Positions 9,536 to 20,449 are shown, numbered from the stretch's first letter. The stretch: 64,000 bases of DNA from Anaerolineae bacterium (GCA_963675785.1 OY776562.1:800001-864000), one strand, 5' to 3'. Made by a program: numbers and translations. Notes: generated by a model from the sequence alone, not told the origin.

Positions 9536-10300
9536 GTGAATCCAATCATCGAGAAAATGGCAGCGGGTGAGGCGGCTCTGGGCCTCTTTATGAACTGTAG
9601 CTATGCCGCCTTTACTGAAATCGCCGGTCGCGCAGGATTCGATTACGCCATTGCCGATACCGAGCATGGCCCGCTCTCCATCGAGACGGCCGAGGATCTC
9701 TGCCGCGCTGGTCAATGCGGTGGTTTGGCGCCTATCGTGCGTGTGCGCGAGAACGAGCCAACCCTCATTCAACGCGCTCTTGACATTGGTTCCGCCGGTG
9801 TGCAGGTGCCCCAAATCTCTACGGCGGCTGACGCCGAACGTGCTGTGCATTCGGCCAAGTACTGGCCCTACGGTCAACGCGGCTTTTCTCCTGCCACCCG
9901 CGCCGGTGACTATTTCCTCTCTGGCTCGGTGGGTCTCACCGACCGCCTCAACGAGGAGCAGATGCTCATTGTGCACATCGAGGGCAAAGAGGGCGTCGAC
10001 AATCTGGATGCTATCCTCGCCGTGCCCCATATCGATGTCATCTTCCTTGGGCCATATGATCTCAGCCAGTCGTTGGGCATCCCCGGCCAGGTCAACGATC
10101 CTCTGATCACCAGCACCATGATCGATGCTGCCCATCGCATCCGCGAGGCGGGCAAATTCGCCGGCACCTTCTGCGGTACCGCTGAATCGGCACAGTTCTG
10201 GTATCGTCAGGGGATTCAGTATCTCACCATGGGCGTCGATATCGCGCTCTTTGGCAATGCTTGCCGTAACCTGGTCAATGAGGTACGCGCCGGTCTTTAG
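9536..10300 (+). CDS. HpcH/HpaI class II aldolase
   Basis: D.EHGP, RALDIG, P.G.RG, HIE, FLGPYDLSQSLG. Confidence 0.9.
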   Translation: MNPIIEKMAAGEAALGLFMNCSYAAFTEIAGRAGFDYAIADTEHGPLSIETAEDLCRAGQCGGLAPIVRVRENEPTLIQRALDIGSAGVQVPQISTAADAERAVHSAKYWPYGQRGFSPATRAGDYFLSGSVGLTDRLNEEQMLIVHIEGKEGVDNLDAILAVPHIDVIFLGPYDLSQSLGIPGQVNDPLITSTMIDAAHRIREAGKFAGTFCGTAESAQFWYRQGIQYLTMGVDIALFGNACRNLVNEVRAGL

Positions 10301-10367
10301 AGTCTTTGCTTTGAACCTGTAATGCCAAACTCGTGTAGCTGCTTGCCCCAAGGAGGAGGTATCCAGC

Positions 10368-11249
10368 ATGACGATAATATCCAGAAACTACCGACTGCTT
10401 CAAGATTTCGACGCAGTGAGCCGTTTTTTGACGGCTGAATACAAGAAAAGCGGTTGGGGGCAGTGTATGCTCCAGCCCCGCTTTGAATATGCCCATACGC
10501 ATCCGGCTTTCAATTACAATCGGGCTCATCGCTTCAAGCTGTGGCAAGACGATGGCGAGATCGTAGCCTTGGTTTGTTTTGAGGGTGATCTGGGTGAAGC
10601 TTTAATCTCCGCCGCTCACGGGTACGAGTTTCTCTATGATGAAATGCTCACCTATGCGGAAAAAGAACTTGCCAAAGTCGAGAATGGACAGCACTCACTA
10701 GAGGTTTCCGCCAATGATACTCAGACGGCTTTGCGGCGTGTGCTAGAGACTCGCGGCTATACGCCTCGTTGGTCTCACCCCATCCTCCACTACGATTACG
10801 CCAAGGGATTCCTGCAGCGCGAATCGCCAAAAGGTTTTACCTTGCACACGCTGCAAGAGGAAGACGATTTTCGCAAAATCCACACTTGCCTCTGGAAGGG
10901 CTTTGACCACAGTGATGAGCCCGACGACGATTGGGATTGTCGTCGCCAGATGCAATCCGGGCCCCATTTTCGCCAAGACCTGACTTTCGTCATCGTGGCA
11001 CCCGATGGTGAGTACGCTTGTTTCGCTGGTATGTGGCTCGATCAGGACAACGATTACGCCTATCTAGAACCTCTTGCCACGGTTCCCGAACACAGGCGCA
11101 AGGGTTTGGCGACCGTCATCCTGATGGAGGCCATGAAGCGTACGCAAGCCTTTGGGGCGACGTATTGCATCGGTGGCAGTCGCGAGTTCTACGAGGCCAT
11201 CGGTTTTGAACGTCGAGGGACTGATTCTGGCTGGTACAAGACCTGGTAG
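10368..11249 (+). CDS. GNAT acetyltransferase
   Basis: EPLATVPEHRRKGLA acetyl-CoA motif; FYEAIGF. Confidence 0.85.
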   Translation: MTIISRNYRLLQDFDAVSRFLTAEYKKSGWGQCMLQPRFEYAHTHPAFNYNRAHRFKLWQDDGEIVALVCFEGDLGEALISAAHGYEFLYDEMLTYAEKELAKVENGQHSLEVSANDTQTALRRVLETRGYTPRWSHPILHYDYAKGFLQRESPKGFTLHTLQEEDDFRKIHTCLWKGFDHSDEPDDDWDCRRQMQSGPHFRQDLTFVIVAPDGEYACFAGMWLDQDNDYAYLEPLATVPEHRRKGLATVILMEAMKRTQAFGATYCIGGSREFYEAIGFERRGTDSGWYKTW

Positions 11250-11275
11250 ATCCTGTATAGCGGAGGACTGGGCCC

Positions 11276-12319
11276 ATGAGCTATCGTATTGGTATGGATT
11301 GCCTCAACCTGCGACCGACGCCGCGTCTGGCTCACACTGAATACTGCGACCACGGCCCTCTGATGCGCTATGTGACCGGCCTGGATGAAGCGGATCCTGC
11401 CCTCGCCCGTTCCTTTTACGCCAAGTGGCAGTACGATTTTCTCTGGTCGACCACCGATGACCCTGTCCCCTGGGAACAGCGCGGACGTGTGACCGACATG
11501 GGGCACGCCGAGTATATGGAGAACGGCTCTGACCGTCATGATTCGACGGAATGCCCCTTTCACACAGTCGAAGAGGTGCTTGCCTTTGATGCTGTGGCCG
11601 AATACGGCCTGACTGACATGAGAACCCTGGTCAATACCTACCAGATGCTCTACCAGCAGGCCCGGCATGATTATCCCGAACAGGTGTGGACCGGCGGCTA
11701 TTACCGCACCCTGATCTCTGGAGCCATCGCCATCTTGGGCTGGGATATGCTTCTCATGGGCGCCGCCCAGCGCGATCGTTTTACGCGCGTGCTCGATTCT
11801 ATCTATCAGCAAACACTGCGGCACTGCCAGGCCTGGGCCCAAACCAGTTGCGAGGTCTATATGTGCCATGATGACATGGTTTGGAGCAGCGGCCCCTTTA
11901 TGCGTCCTGATTACTATCGCGCCGAGATATTCCCCCGCTACAAGGCTCTATGGCAGGTACTGCACGACGCCGGCAAAAAGGTGATCTTTACATCTGATGG
12001 CGACTGGCGCATGTTCGTGGATGATATCGTCGAGGCCGGTGCCGATGCCCTTTGCTTTGAGCCCATGGTGCCCTTGGCAGAGGTTAGCCGAAAATACGGC
12101 CGCACCCACTGCCTGCTGGGCAGCTCGGTCGATGCCCGTACCCTCACCTTTGGCACGCAAGATGACATTCGTCGTCAGGTAGATGAAACATTAGAGGCCG
12201 CCCAAAACTGCAGCGGCCTCATGGTAGCGGTGGGCAATCATCTTCCAGCAAACATACCATTGGAGAACGCTCTGTATTACTATGAATATCTCTCCAGCCA
12301 TTGGAAATCCGAGTCCTAG
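11276..12319 (+). CDS. Uroporphyrinogen decarboxylase/MtaA-superfamily protein
   Basis: CHDD...GPF, TSDG, GNHLP.NIP.EN. Confidence 0.8.
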   Translation: MSYRIGMDCLNLRPTPRLAHTEYCDHGPLMRYVTGLDEADPALARSFYAKWQYDFLWSTTDDPVPWEQRGRVTDMGHAEYMENGSDRHDSTECPFHTVEEVLAFDAVAEYGLTDMRTLVNTYQMLYQQARHDYPEQVWTGGYYRTLISGAIAILGWDMLLMGAAQRDRFTRVLDSIYQQTLRHCQAWAQTSCEVYMCHDDMVWSSGPFMRPDYYRAEIFPRYKALWQVLHDAGKKVIFTSDGDWRMFVDDIVEAGADALCFEPMVPLAEVSRKYGRTHCLLGSSVDARTLTFGTQDDIRRQVDETLEAAQNCSGLMVAVGNHLPANIPLENALYYYEYLSSHWKSES

Positions 12320-13485
12320 CCCAACGAAGAAGGTTCCCCCTTGTCGGCTGATTCGATGATGGCGCAGGTGATGCAAGTTTGGATCAGCCCGTCTTCGTGG
12401 TTGGGCAGAGAACCCAGCCCCTGCCAGGAGGTAGGCTCGTTCGTGCCTTGTAAAATGCCGTCGATCAAATGATCAGGCATGGCCATGAACTCGCCATAGC
12501 CCAGGCCATTGTATTCTAGGGCAGGTACGCCGGCCTGATTCTCCGTGCTGAGCACGCCCGTACTGGGCTCTGGTTGATTCATCATCGCCTTGAGGTGCAC
12601 ATCCCAACCCAACAGCGCCTTTTGATGGGCCAACAATTCCTCAAAGGTAATCTCTGTCGAGAGGTTGGCCCTCCAGCCGGGCTGTGTGCCAAATCCGCCG
12701 CGTTTGTTGTAGATGAGCGTGCCCTTGGCTCCAGAAAAGCACATATAGAACTCGACCAGCTCGTCGATGTGCTTGATCCATTCTGCTTTGACACGTATTT
12801 TCATCCCCGTATCAAAGGTCAGGTAGGCATCATACAAGTCGGGCGTATAGCCCAACACGCACTCTTGTTTGATAGCATAAACGTCCGTAACCTCGGCAGG
12901 GCTAAAGTAAAAGCGTAGCAGATCCACCACGTGGCTCAGCAAAAAGTGCGCCGTCGATGATCCTGCTGCCCAATCTTTGCTGCGATTTCCCCACAATTGC
13001 GTTGGCACCGAGATGTTATCATCCAGTCGTGATTCGCCATAGACCACATCCCCCAACAATCCCTGCTGTGCCACATAGCGTGTGGCGATGTCTAGCGGGG
13101 TGGCACGGTTAGCGTAGTTGACATAAAACTTGCATCCGCTTTTTTCGATGGCCTCATACAGCTTGGTAGCATCTTCTAGTTTGGTAGCAAAGGGCTTTTC
13201 TTGAATGATAGCCGGGACGCCAACTTTGATGGCAGCCAAACTCGGCGCCAGGTGCAAGGGGTCGGGCGTGGCCACCACCACCAGGTCGAGATGCTCGGCT
13301 TTGAGCATCTCCTCATAGGCGGTGTACGCCGTAGCGCCTGTTGAGGCGGCTGTAGCTTGGGCTGTCTCTTCCCGTAGATCGGCTACGGCAGCTAGCGTTA
13401 TGTCTGCGCGTTTATGCAATAGGGTGGCGTATTGGCTGCCCAGAATACCCAGTCCAATGACGCCTGCTCGGCATGTTGCGGTCAT
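12316..13485 (-). CDS. Gfo/Idh/MocA oxidoreductase
   Basis: GVIGLG, VATPD..H, EKP; GGAGG before ATG 13485. Confidence 0.85.
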   Translation of the reverse strand: MTATCRAGVIGLGILGSQYATLLHKRADITLAAVADLREETAQATAASTGATAYTAYEEMLKAEHLDLVVVATPDPLHLAPSLAAIKVGVPAIIQEKPFATKLEDATKLYEAIEKSGCKFYVNYANRATPLDIATRYVAQQGLLGDVVYGESRLDDNISVPTQLWGNRSKDWAAGSSTAHFLLSHVVDLLRFYFSPAEVTDVYAIKQECVLGYTPDLYDAYLTFDTGMKIRVKAEWIKHIDELVEFYMCFSGAKGTLIYNKRGGFGTQPGWRANLSTEITFEELLAHQKALLGWDVHLKAMMNQPEPSTGVLSTENQAGVPALEYNGLGYGEFMAMPDHLIDGILQGTNEPTSWQGLGSLPNHEDGLIQTCITCAIIESADKGEPSSLG

Positions 13486-13606
13486 TTTCCCTCCTTTTTC
13501 TGTGCGGCCTATTCTAGGTAGGCAACAACACAACGTCAATGGCTATGCTCTTTCTTGACCACTGACTGTACTGGTTCGATAATAGAGTCACTTACAACAA
13601 AGGAGG

Positions 13607-14029
13607 TTGTTCGTGCGGAGGCTTGTTGCATTTTCGCTTGTGTGTCTGGGGTTGATTGTCGTTCTGTCTGGTTGTGGTCTCTTGCGCGATACGGCTACAC
13701 TTTCTGCTCGTTTGCAGGGACACTGGTTCTCCGATGATGCCATAGACTATTACTTTGGCCCCCTTGATGCAACGACGGGTCAAGGCAGCCTGATCATTGT
13801 CGATGCTGATGGCGTACGTACCGATCAGTACTATAGCATTGTGGAAGAAAACGCTGATGAGAGCTTGTTAACCCTTCTCTATCAGGGCGATGAGGAACGC
13901 GAAATCACTTTTTACATCCCTGAGGATGGCATTTTCATGCAGGAGAGGGAAGCGGGTGTCGATCCCGAAAACGCCATGGATTACACTTTTATCGATACGG
14001 CTATCGAACCTCTTGAATACGAAGAGTAA
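13607..14029 (+). CDS. Acidic lipoprotein, hypothetical
   Basis: Signal peptide with LSGC lipobox; AAGGAGG SD. Confidence 0.7.
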   Translation: MFVRRLVAFSLVCLGLIVVLSGCGLLRDTATLSARLQGHWFSDDAIDYYFGPLDATTGQGSLIIVDADGVRTDQYYSIVEENADESLLTLLYQGDEEREITFYIPEDGIFMQEREAGVDPENAMDYTFIDTAIEPLEYEE

Positions 14030-14031
14030 AG

Positions 14032-14061
14032 AAAAAGGGCGGCTCCAGCCGCCCTTTTTTT
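14032..14061. terminator. Bidirectional intrinsic terminator
   Basis: AAAAAGGGCGGCT-CC-AGCCGCCCTTTTT between convergent genes. Confidence 0.85.
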
Positions 14062-14077
14062 GTATCTGCCCAAAAAC

Positions 14078-15130
14078 CTAGTCCAAACCGAGATACTGCC
14101 CAAAGAAACTTGCTGACTTGTTGCCCCCCCAGCCATGTTCGCCGTTGTGTAGATCCAGCCACAGGTCGTCGCGAGCGCCCGCAGCTTCATAGATATTCTC
14201 TACCTGGTGGAAACAAGCCGTGGCATTATCCACCACAAAACAACTGTCATACACACCAATATCCACCAAGAGCGGACGCGGCGCTAACAGACCCTGCACA
14301 TCGGGCAGGTCTACCAGTTTGAACAGACCCGGTGCGACTTGCATGCCACAATAGTTGAGGTCGTTAAAACCGAACTTGGCCCACAGGTCGCTGTAGCAGA
14401 TGATCTCTGTAGCGCCAAAACGCTCGTCGCATAGACTAGACCACAACGTCATGGTACCACCGCCGCTCAAGCCCATCACGCCCAACCGGTCGGCATCCAC
14501 AAAGGGCTGCTCTTGGATAAAATCTGTCGCCGCTTTGCCGTGGGTCACATTGATGGATAGCGAAGTCATGCCCAACATGGTAGCATGGAGATAATATAGG
14601 TTGCACCAGTCCTTGTTGCCGTTGGTTCGCAAAAAGTGGGGCTTGTTGTTGTCGTTGCGTTCGCCCAAACCGATCCAATCAATGGCATAGGTGATATACC
14701 CCGCCTCAGCCATTTGTCGGCCGTAATCGTAATTGCAACTGGCGATTTCGGCACGGCGCTCGGGCGAAGAGGCGTTGCCCATCACCGAGTCTTTGCCAAA
14801 AAGGCCGTGGCCATGCCAGCACATAATCGCCGGTCGCCGTTCTCCAGGGTGCAAGTCGGCGGGTATGTTGATTTGCAGTGTAGCCGAGATAAACTCGGAT
14901 ACATCGATGACCCAACGCTGCTTGTGTAGGGCGCCTTCGTCCCATTCGACCAACAGCTCGGGATTGAGCGGCACGCGTGCCGGTGCTTCACCCAGCGTGG
15001 CGAGTACTTGAGGCAGCGTGTCTTTTTTCCATTCCGTAAACCCCGTTGCGCCATCGAAACGGCATAGAGGTGGGTGCGCTTGAGCCAGTTTTTTGAACAT
15101 GACTTGCGGGCTTAGATTTCGATCCGTCAT
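14078..15130 (-). CDS. Alpha/beta hydrolase (dienelactone hydrolase/Abhydrolase_7-like)
   Basis: HGHG, GLSGGG nucleophile elbow, LAPRPL, C-terminal His. Confidence 0.85.
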   Translation of the reverse strand: MTDRNLSPQVMFKKLAQAHPPLCRFDGATGFTEWKKDTLPQVLATLGEAPARVPLNPELLVEWDEGALHKQRWVIDVSEFISATLQINIPADLHPGERRPAIMCWHGHGLFGKDSVMGNASSPERRAEIASCNYDYGRQMAEAGYITYAIDWIGLGERNDNNKPHFLRTNGNKDWCNLYYLHATMLGMTSLSINVTHGKAATDFIQEQPFVDADRLGVMGLSGGGTMTLWSSLCDERFGATEIICYSDLWAKFGFNDLNYCGMQVAPGLFKLVDLPDVQGLLAPRPLLVDIGVYDSCFVVDNATACFHQVENIYEAAGARDDLWLDLHNGEHGWGGNKSASFFGQYLGLD

Positions 15131-15213
15131 GGTTTACCCCCTGCAGCGAACGTTGCTGATGGCGGCAGTGTAACCTACCTGTTCCCAGAGTTCAACGGTT
15201 TCAAGGAGGCAAA

Positions 15214-15966
15214 ATGTCCGATCCGACTATCATTCTGGACGAACTATTTGCGCGCATGGCTTCTGAGGCGGATGAAACCCGTGTGGAGGCCGCCCTTCGT
15301 TTCTTCCCCAGCAAACCGTCAATTCTGGGTTTGCCCAGTGGCCTATCCAACCAATTGGGCAAAGAATTGGCTGTTACGCTCAAAGGCGAGGACCTCGACA
15401 CGATCATTCAGGTGGGCACGGGCCTCTATGCCACGGGGGTAATGGAACATGCTGCTGTGGCCAATGAAATGCTGGGCCGCTTTTGGCGGCGCTTTGGATC
15501 CGAGCACTGGGATCTGTTCGACCATTGGATTGGCCTCTTCACTTGCTGGGGCACCACCGATAGCTTTTGCCTCAAGGTACTCTCACACGTCATCGAGCGC
15601 CATGGCTTGGATTGGCCCCGTGTTCAGGATTGGGCCCATCGAGAGGGGCTTTGGTATCGCCGTGCTTCACTGGTCTGCCTGACACGGGGGCTGCGCAAGG
15701 GCGAAGAAACGGACGAGTTCTTTCAACTTGCTGATGAGCTCTTGAGTGATAAGGAGCCAATGATTCAAAAAGCCATCGGCTGGATGCTCAAAGAGCTTTC
15801 TGGGGGCGACGCAAAAGCCACCATCGGTTATTTACAAACGCGTTCTGAGCGTATGAGCAAACTGGCTTTTCGTTATGCACAAGAAAAGCTGACGCCCGAA
15901 CAAAAAGCTCGGGTCGCCAGCTCTAATTATCTTGCAGAGATGATGCTTAGCGCGCTTTGGCCATGA
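15214..15966 (+). CDS. DNA alkylation repair protein (AlkD family)
   Basis: W...D, W.RR, IQKAIGWMLKE, RYA.EKL; 20-nt convergent overlap with rnj. Confidence 0.8.
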   Translation: MSDPTIILDELFARMASEADETRVEAALRFFPSKPSILGLPSGLSNQLGKELAVTLKGEDLDTIIQVGTGLYATGVMEHAAVANEMLGRFWRRFGSEHWDLFDHWIGLFTCWGTTDSFCLKVLSHVIERHGLDWPRVQDWAHREGLWYRRASLVCLTRGLRKGEETDEFFQLADELLSDKEPMIQKAIGWMLKELSGGDAKATIGYLQTRSERMSKLAFRYAQEKLTPEQKARVASSNYLAEMMLSALWP

Positions 15967-17605
15967 TCACCAGAACGGGGCGGCGTTGCGTCTCGTCGTG
16001 GAAGAATCGCTCCAACTGCTTGCGAAGATTCAGCGTCAGTTGTTCTGTATTGCCGTCTTTGCTGGCAGGTGTATGCTCTGCTACGTTGCGGATGATCTCC
16101 ATCGTCTCTTCGACGAATTCCGTCGATTCAGGGAGATAGATGAACCCTTGTGTAATAACCTCGGGGTCGTCGATCAGGTTGCCCGTCTCCGCATCAATGT
16201 CGGCGCGAATTACCACAAAACCATCGCGAGCCAATGAAGCTCGATCTCGTAGAATGGTCTGTCCCACGTCGCCAACACCTAGCCCATCTACAAGCACAGT
16301 GCGCATTTCCAAGGGCTCACCTCGCCAGGCCGACGTTCTATTTAGCTCCAGTGGTTCACCGTTGGTAAGGATAAACACGTGTTCGTTATCCATGTTCATT
16401 TCCCGAGCCATAGCAGCATGTCGATGCAGCATACGGTAATCACCGTGAATGGGCACAAAATAATCGGGCCGCAGCAGGTTGATCATCAGCTTTTGCTCTT
16501 CGCTGGCGGCGTGTCCAGATACGTGAATGCCGGCTTGTGTGCCGTAAATCACATTGGCCCCCTGACGAAACAGCTTGTCGATATTGCTGTAAATACGCGT
16601 CTCATTGCCCGGAATGGCCTTGGATGAGAGCAATACTGTATCGCCCTCTTGAATGGTAATTCCCCTAAAGCGTCCGGTGGCCATGCGCGCCAAAGCGGCA
16701 TTAGGCTCTCCCTGGGTGCCAGTAGCCAGAATACAAACCTGATCATCTGGCATCGAATTTGCCGTGTTCAGGTCAATCATTGTATTGGGCGGTATCTTCA
16801 AGAGACCCAGTTTCTCGGCGATGGCCACATTGTCGATCATGCTTCGCCCTGCCAGTGCAACCTTGCGCCCCATGGTATGTGCCGTCTCGACAACGAGCTG
16901 CGAGCGCGACAAAAGCGAGGCAAATGTAGCAATGATGATTCGCCCCTTTGCCGAGGAAAAAGCGCGTTCGAACGTATCACGCAGGGCGCTTTCCGAAATG
17001 GTATACCCCGCCGATTCAGCATTGGTCGAGTCGGATAGCAGCAGGCGCACACCCTCTGCCGATAGTCTGGCCAGTTCAGCCAGATCGGTCGGCTCACCCT
17101 CAATGGGCGTATGATCGATCTTGAAATCACCAGTATGAACGACAAGTCCCACAGGGGTTTCAATGGCCAATCCCACCGAATCGGGGATTGAGTGGTTCAC
17201 GTGGAAAGGCCGAATCGTAAATGGCCCTTCATCAATAATGTCGCCAGGATGCATCTCCCACAGTTCGGTCAGTTCAAGCAGATTGCGCCGCTTGAGCCTG
17301 CTCTCGACAAGACCGAGCGTCAGGGGTGTGCCATAAACGGGTACAGGCACCTCGTTCAGCAGGTAAGAGAGCCCGCCAATGTGATCTTCATGGCCGTGTG
17401 TCAATACCACAGCACGAACCTTGGTCTGGTTCTCGATGAGGTACGTGTAGTCGGGGATGACCAGGTCAATACCCAGCATATCATCGGTCGGGAACATGAG
17501 CCCCGCATCGACCACGATGATCTGATCATCGTATTCGTAAGCGGTGCAGTTGCGCCCAATCTCGCCCAGTCCTCCTAATGGAGTAATCTTTAAAACAGAA
17601 CTCAT
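15947..17605 (-). CDS. rnj: Ribonuclease J
   Basis: PLGGLGEIG, HGHEDHIG, NHSIPD, GDFK.D, DSTNA, GTQGEP, HVSGH. Confidence 0.97.
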   Translation of the reverse strand: MSSVLKITPLGGLGEIGRNCTAYEYDDQIIVVDAGLMFPTDDMLGIDLVIPDYTYLIENQTKVRAVVLTHGHEDHIGGLSYLLNEVPVPVYGTPLTLGLVESRLKRRNLLELTELWEMHPGDIIDEGPFTIRPFHVNHSIPDSVGLAIETPVGLVVHTGDFKIDHTPIEGEPTDLAELARLSAEGVRLLLSDSTNAESAGYTISESALRDTFERAFSSAKGRIIIATFASLLSRSQLVVETAHTMGRKVALAGRSMIDNVAIAEKLGLLKIPPNTMIDLNTANSMPDDQVCILATGTQGEPNAALARMATGRFRGITIQEGDTVLLSSKAIPGNETRIYSNIDKLFRQGANVIYGTQAGIHVSGHAASEEQKLMINLLRPDYFVPIHGDYRMLHRHAAMAREMNMDNEHVFILTNGEPLELNRTSAWRGEPLEMRTVLVDGLGVGDVGQTILRDRASLARDGFVVIRADIDAETGNLIDDPEVITQGFIYLPESTEFVEETMEIIRNVAEHTPASKDGNTEQLTLNLRKQLERFFHDETQRRPVLVIMAKAR

Positions 17606-17688
17606 TCAAAAAATCCTTATCTTTTACGCAAAATACCGCCCCTGCAAACGCCGGGGCGGTTTAGTTTAAACACTCAAGCATCCTCCAC

Positions 17689-17717
17689 ATTATAGCGGTT
17701 GAATGTCTTATGGTCAA
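17689..17717 (-). promoter_or_regulatory. sigma70 promoter for rnj
   Basis: TTGACC-N17-TATAAT. Confidence 0.7.
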
Positions 17718-17741
17718 TATTACACCTATAGCTCGTCATAA

Positions 17742-19679
17742 TCAAGACTCAGTGATGGTGATAATATCCAATTCGATGCGCTCAGTGCCGTTTTCAGTCC
17801 ACAAAGTATGTGTTTTTATCATGCCCGACATGCTCAACGTTGTTGCCAGGGTTACGCAGTTTTCAGGCGCCCTCTCCCCGGGAGTCAGTTGTCCTAAAAG
17901 TGTGTCATCCATGTAGAGCGTGATGGGGTCTGTGGCAGCATCAGGTGTGCGCCGCCAGTAAACGGTAATCTCTGTTGTTATCTCATCCGAGATGGCTTTA
18001 TAACCCAGATAGGTAATGCCCGGCGCCGCGGTTATTGCCTCGCTCTCATTTGCAATGGGGAGAGTCGTCACATCAATTACAGCTAATTCATCCAGCCATA
18101 CCGCATCGTTCTCGTTCGGCAATAACACCTTGCCACATGCAGTCGAAAAGGCCTCCAGCGTAATTTGTCGATCTGGCGCTGCAAGAACGAGGGCTGTGTC
18201 GTCCAATGCGACCGGCGTGGTGTACTCGTCGGCCAGCACCAGCACGATATCGGGCGCCTCGTAGGCAATGATCTCGGGAATCAGCAGCGAATCGCCCCTT
18301 GCACTGCCCAAAATCCACACGCGGTCGCTGGTCGATTCTCCAACGCAACGCTCCGCCATGCCTGCTACCTGCTTCCAATAGCGCAAGGGCATGCCCTTGG
18401 CCTCGATGGCAGCTTCCGTGTTAGCTTGTTCGTAAAAGGCGAGCGTCGTATACAATTGCAAGCCGAATAATACCATCAGGGCTATCAGAAGCAGCATACC
18501 TGCATTGAGATGGGCAGGTCTGGCAAAGGTTAACTGCGGCATCAGTGCGTCGATCATCAGAGCTGCGCCAACTACATTGGCCGAAAGAAGGCCGCAATAG
18601 AGCGTAGGGTCAGCCGATGCAGGCAGCAGCATGAGGCCGACGACAGTAAATGTGCCAATCAGGGCTATGGCAGCGAAATTGCTGGCATCCAGTTTTTTGC
18701 GCCAGTGCGCCCAGGCCCACAGTGATAGGTAGGCTGTTACGGGCAGGGCTACCATGGCAAGCCAACCCCATACTTGCAGGCTGGTTTGCAGTGCAGGGGA
18801 TAAACTGATTGCACCAGCGCCCTCGAAAAAGGCCTGCAGTAAGCCGCCTCCGCCGATTGCCTGGACCCAGGCGTATAGCCGTTCCGTCACAGCCGTTTGA
18901 TCGCTCACTAGGCCGTTTTGTGCCCAACCCACCGCATTCAGGGCATAAAAGGGAGGAATGGCAAGCAGCAATCCCCACAAAAAACCCACGCCCGCGTGCC
19001 GCCACGATACGCGTCTGGCGAATACCAGGCATATCAGCAGGCAAACTGCAGGCAGAATCAGTCCTGCAGCGTGAACACCGCAAGCCAGGCCGCTGGCACC
19101 TAATGCCAATACCCAGCCCCCCTGCTTTTTCTCAGAGAGTGCCAGTTCCAAGCCCCATAACATCAGAACGCCTGCGGGCAGTAATAGCGCTGCTGGGCCG
19201 ATGGTGCGGCTGGCCATTATGCCCCAGGGATTAAAGCACAGCAGCAGGCCGGCAACAGCCCCGGTACGCACCCCAAACCAGCGACTTGTCGTCCGGGTTA
19301 CCAGGGCTACGCTAAGGCTGTTCAGCAAACCCAGAATGACCAGGGTGCCGGTGAGGCTGCCCATCGCTGTTGAGATCAAGCCCAGCAACAACTGAGAGGT
19401 TGCGGTTGTCCAGGGGCTAGAGGTCAGTGTTTCTCGAAGAAACCCCAAGTATGGGGCACTGCTTTCGCCAATGAGGGCAGCATCGAGTTGATAGAGCCGC
19501 ATAAAAAGAGCCAGGGCAAACAAAGATAACGTCACGCAGCGTTCTGGTGTGGCTATGGCTGCTGTGACGAGTTTGTTGAATCTTTTGCAAATGCTCTGCC
19601 AGATGATCTGCAGTCGAGAAAGAAAAGAATGCACGTCGTTGCCCTCGGCTGAATGACTGCGGGCATTGTACCACGTCAA
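17742..19679 (-). CDS. Polytopic membrane protein, GT-C (GT39/ArnT-like) glycosyltransferase-like
   Basis: Many TM helices; MRLY.L, NPWGI.ASR; soluble C-terminal domain. Start uncertain. Confidence 0.65.
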   Translation of the reverse strand: MTWYNARSHSAEGNDVHSFLSRLQIIWQSICKRFNKLVTAAIATPERCVTLSLFALALFMRLYQLDAALIGESSAPYLGFLRETLTSSPWTTATSQLLLGLISTAMGSLTGTLVILGLLNSLSVALVTRTTSRWFGVRTGAVAGLLLCFNPWGIMASRTIGPAALLLPAGVLMLWGLELALSEKKQGGWVLALGASGLACGVHAAGLILPAVCLLICLVFARRVSWRHAGVGFLWGLLLAIPPFYALNAVGWAQNGLVSDQTAVTERLYAWVQAIGGGGLLQAFFEGAGAISLSPALQTSLQVWGWLAMVALPVTAYLSLWAWAHWRKKLDASNFAAIALIGTFTVVGLMLLPASADPTLYCGLLSANVVGAALMIDALMPQLTFARPAHLNAGMLLLIALMVLFGLQLYTTLAFYEQANTEAAIEAKGMPLRYWKQVAGMAERCVGESTSDRVWILGSARGDSLLIPEIIAYEAPDIVLVLADEYTTPVALDDTALVLAAPDRQITLEAFSTACGKVLLPNENDAVWLDELAVIDVTTLPIANESEAITAAPGITYLGYKAISDEITTEITVYWRRTPDAATDPITLYMDDTLLGQLTPGERAPENCVTLATTLSMSGMIKTHTLWTENGTERIELDIITITES

Positions 19680-19720
19680 TGGATGTGCATCAACGGCAAA
19701 TCAGCGTGAATTGTGGGGGA

Positions 19721-20449
19721 TCAGGATCCCTGAGCCTGTACGCCAAAATAACCCAGCAGATCCGCAAAGCGCGAGAGCACGATCACGCACTCGGGCTGCT
19801 CAATGGGTTCCAGCTCGGCTACCCAGCTGGCCGGATGGGGGATATAGATAGCACTCAGGCCAGCCCGTACCGCTGGATTGATGTCCGAGCGGGGGCTATT
19901 GCCGATCATCCATGTATTGGCCCAATCTAGTGTTTCTTTCCTGGCGATCTCGACATAGGTCTGGTCATGCTTTTCGGGGACAATGTACTGAGCATCGAAC
20001 AGGTGACTCAAGCCCGAATGGTCTACCTTGCTTTGTTGGTGATTTTGATCGCCCTTGGTCACCAACACCAGCTTGCTGCTCGGCTTGAGCGAGGCCAGCG
20101 TCTCCTGCACGTGATCGAGCAGCACCATGCGCGGCTTGAGCACCACCTCGGCATATTCGGCGATCCGGGTAATCTCAGCTGGATTGGCGTTCAGGCCAGC
20201 TTGTTGTGCCAGCCGTTCGTAGGTTAGTTCGAGCGAGCGCACGTAACCCTCTGGTGAATAGCCGTACTCACTAATGACCTCCAGTTCGGCTACGGATTGA
20301 ATCGTCCGGGCTTGCTCGATGTCAAAATCCAGTGAGGCCATGTGCTCGCCAAAATCGTGGGTGCATTGGCTGTAATAGATATTGCATTCCCACAATGTGT
20401 CGTCGGCATCCACCAGCAGTGTGCGTTCGATGCGGCGCTCCAAACTCAT
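19721..20449 (-). CDS. HAD-superfamily hydrolase
   Basis: DADDTLW, TKGD, EK, MIGNS.RSDINP. Confidence 0.9.
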   Translation of the reverse strand: MSLERRIERTLLVDADDTLWECNIYYSQCTHDFGEHMASLDFDIEQARTIQSVAELEVISEYGYSPEGYVRSLELTYERLAQQAGLNANPAEITRIAEYAEVVLKPRMVLLDHVQETLASLKPSSKLVLVTKGDQNHQQSKVDHSGLSHLFDAQYIVPEKHDQTYVEIARKETLDWANTWMIGNSPRSDINPAVRAGLSAIYIPHPASWVAELEPIEQPECVIVLSRFADLLGYFGVQAQGS

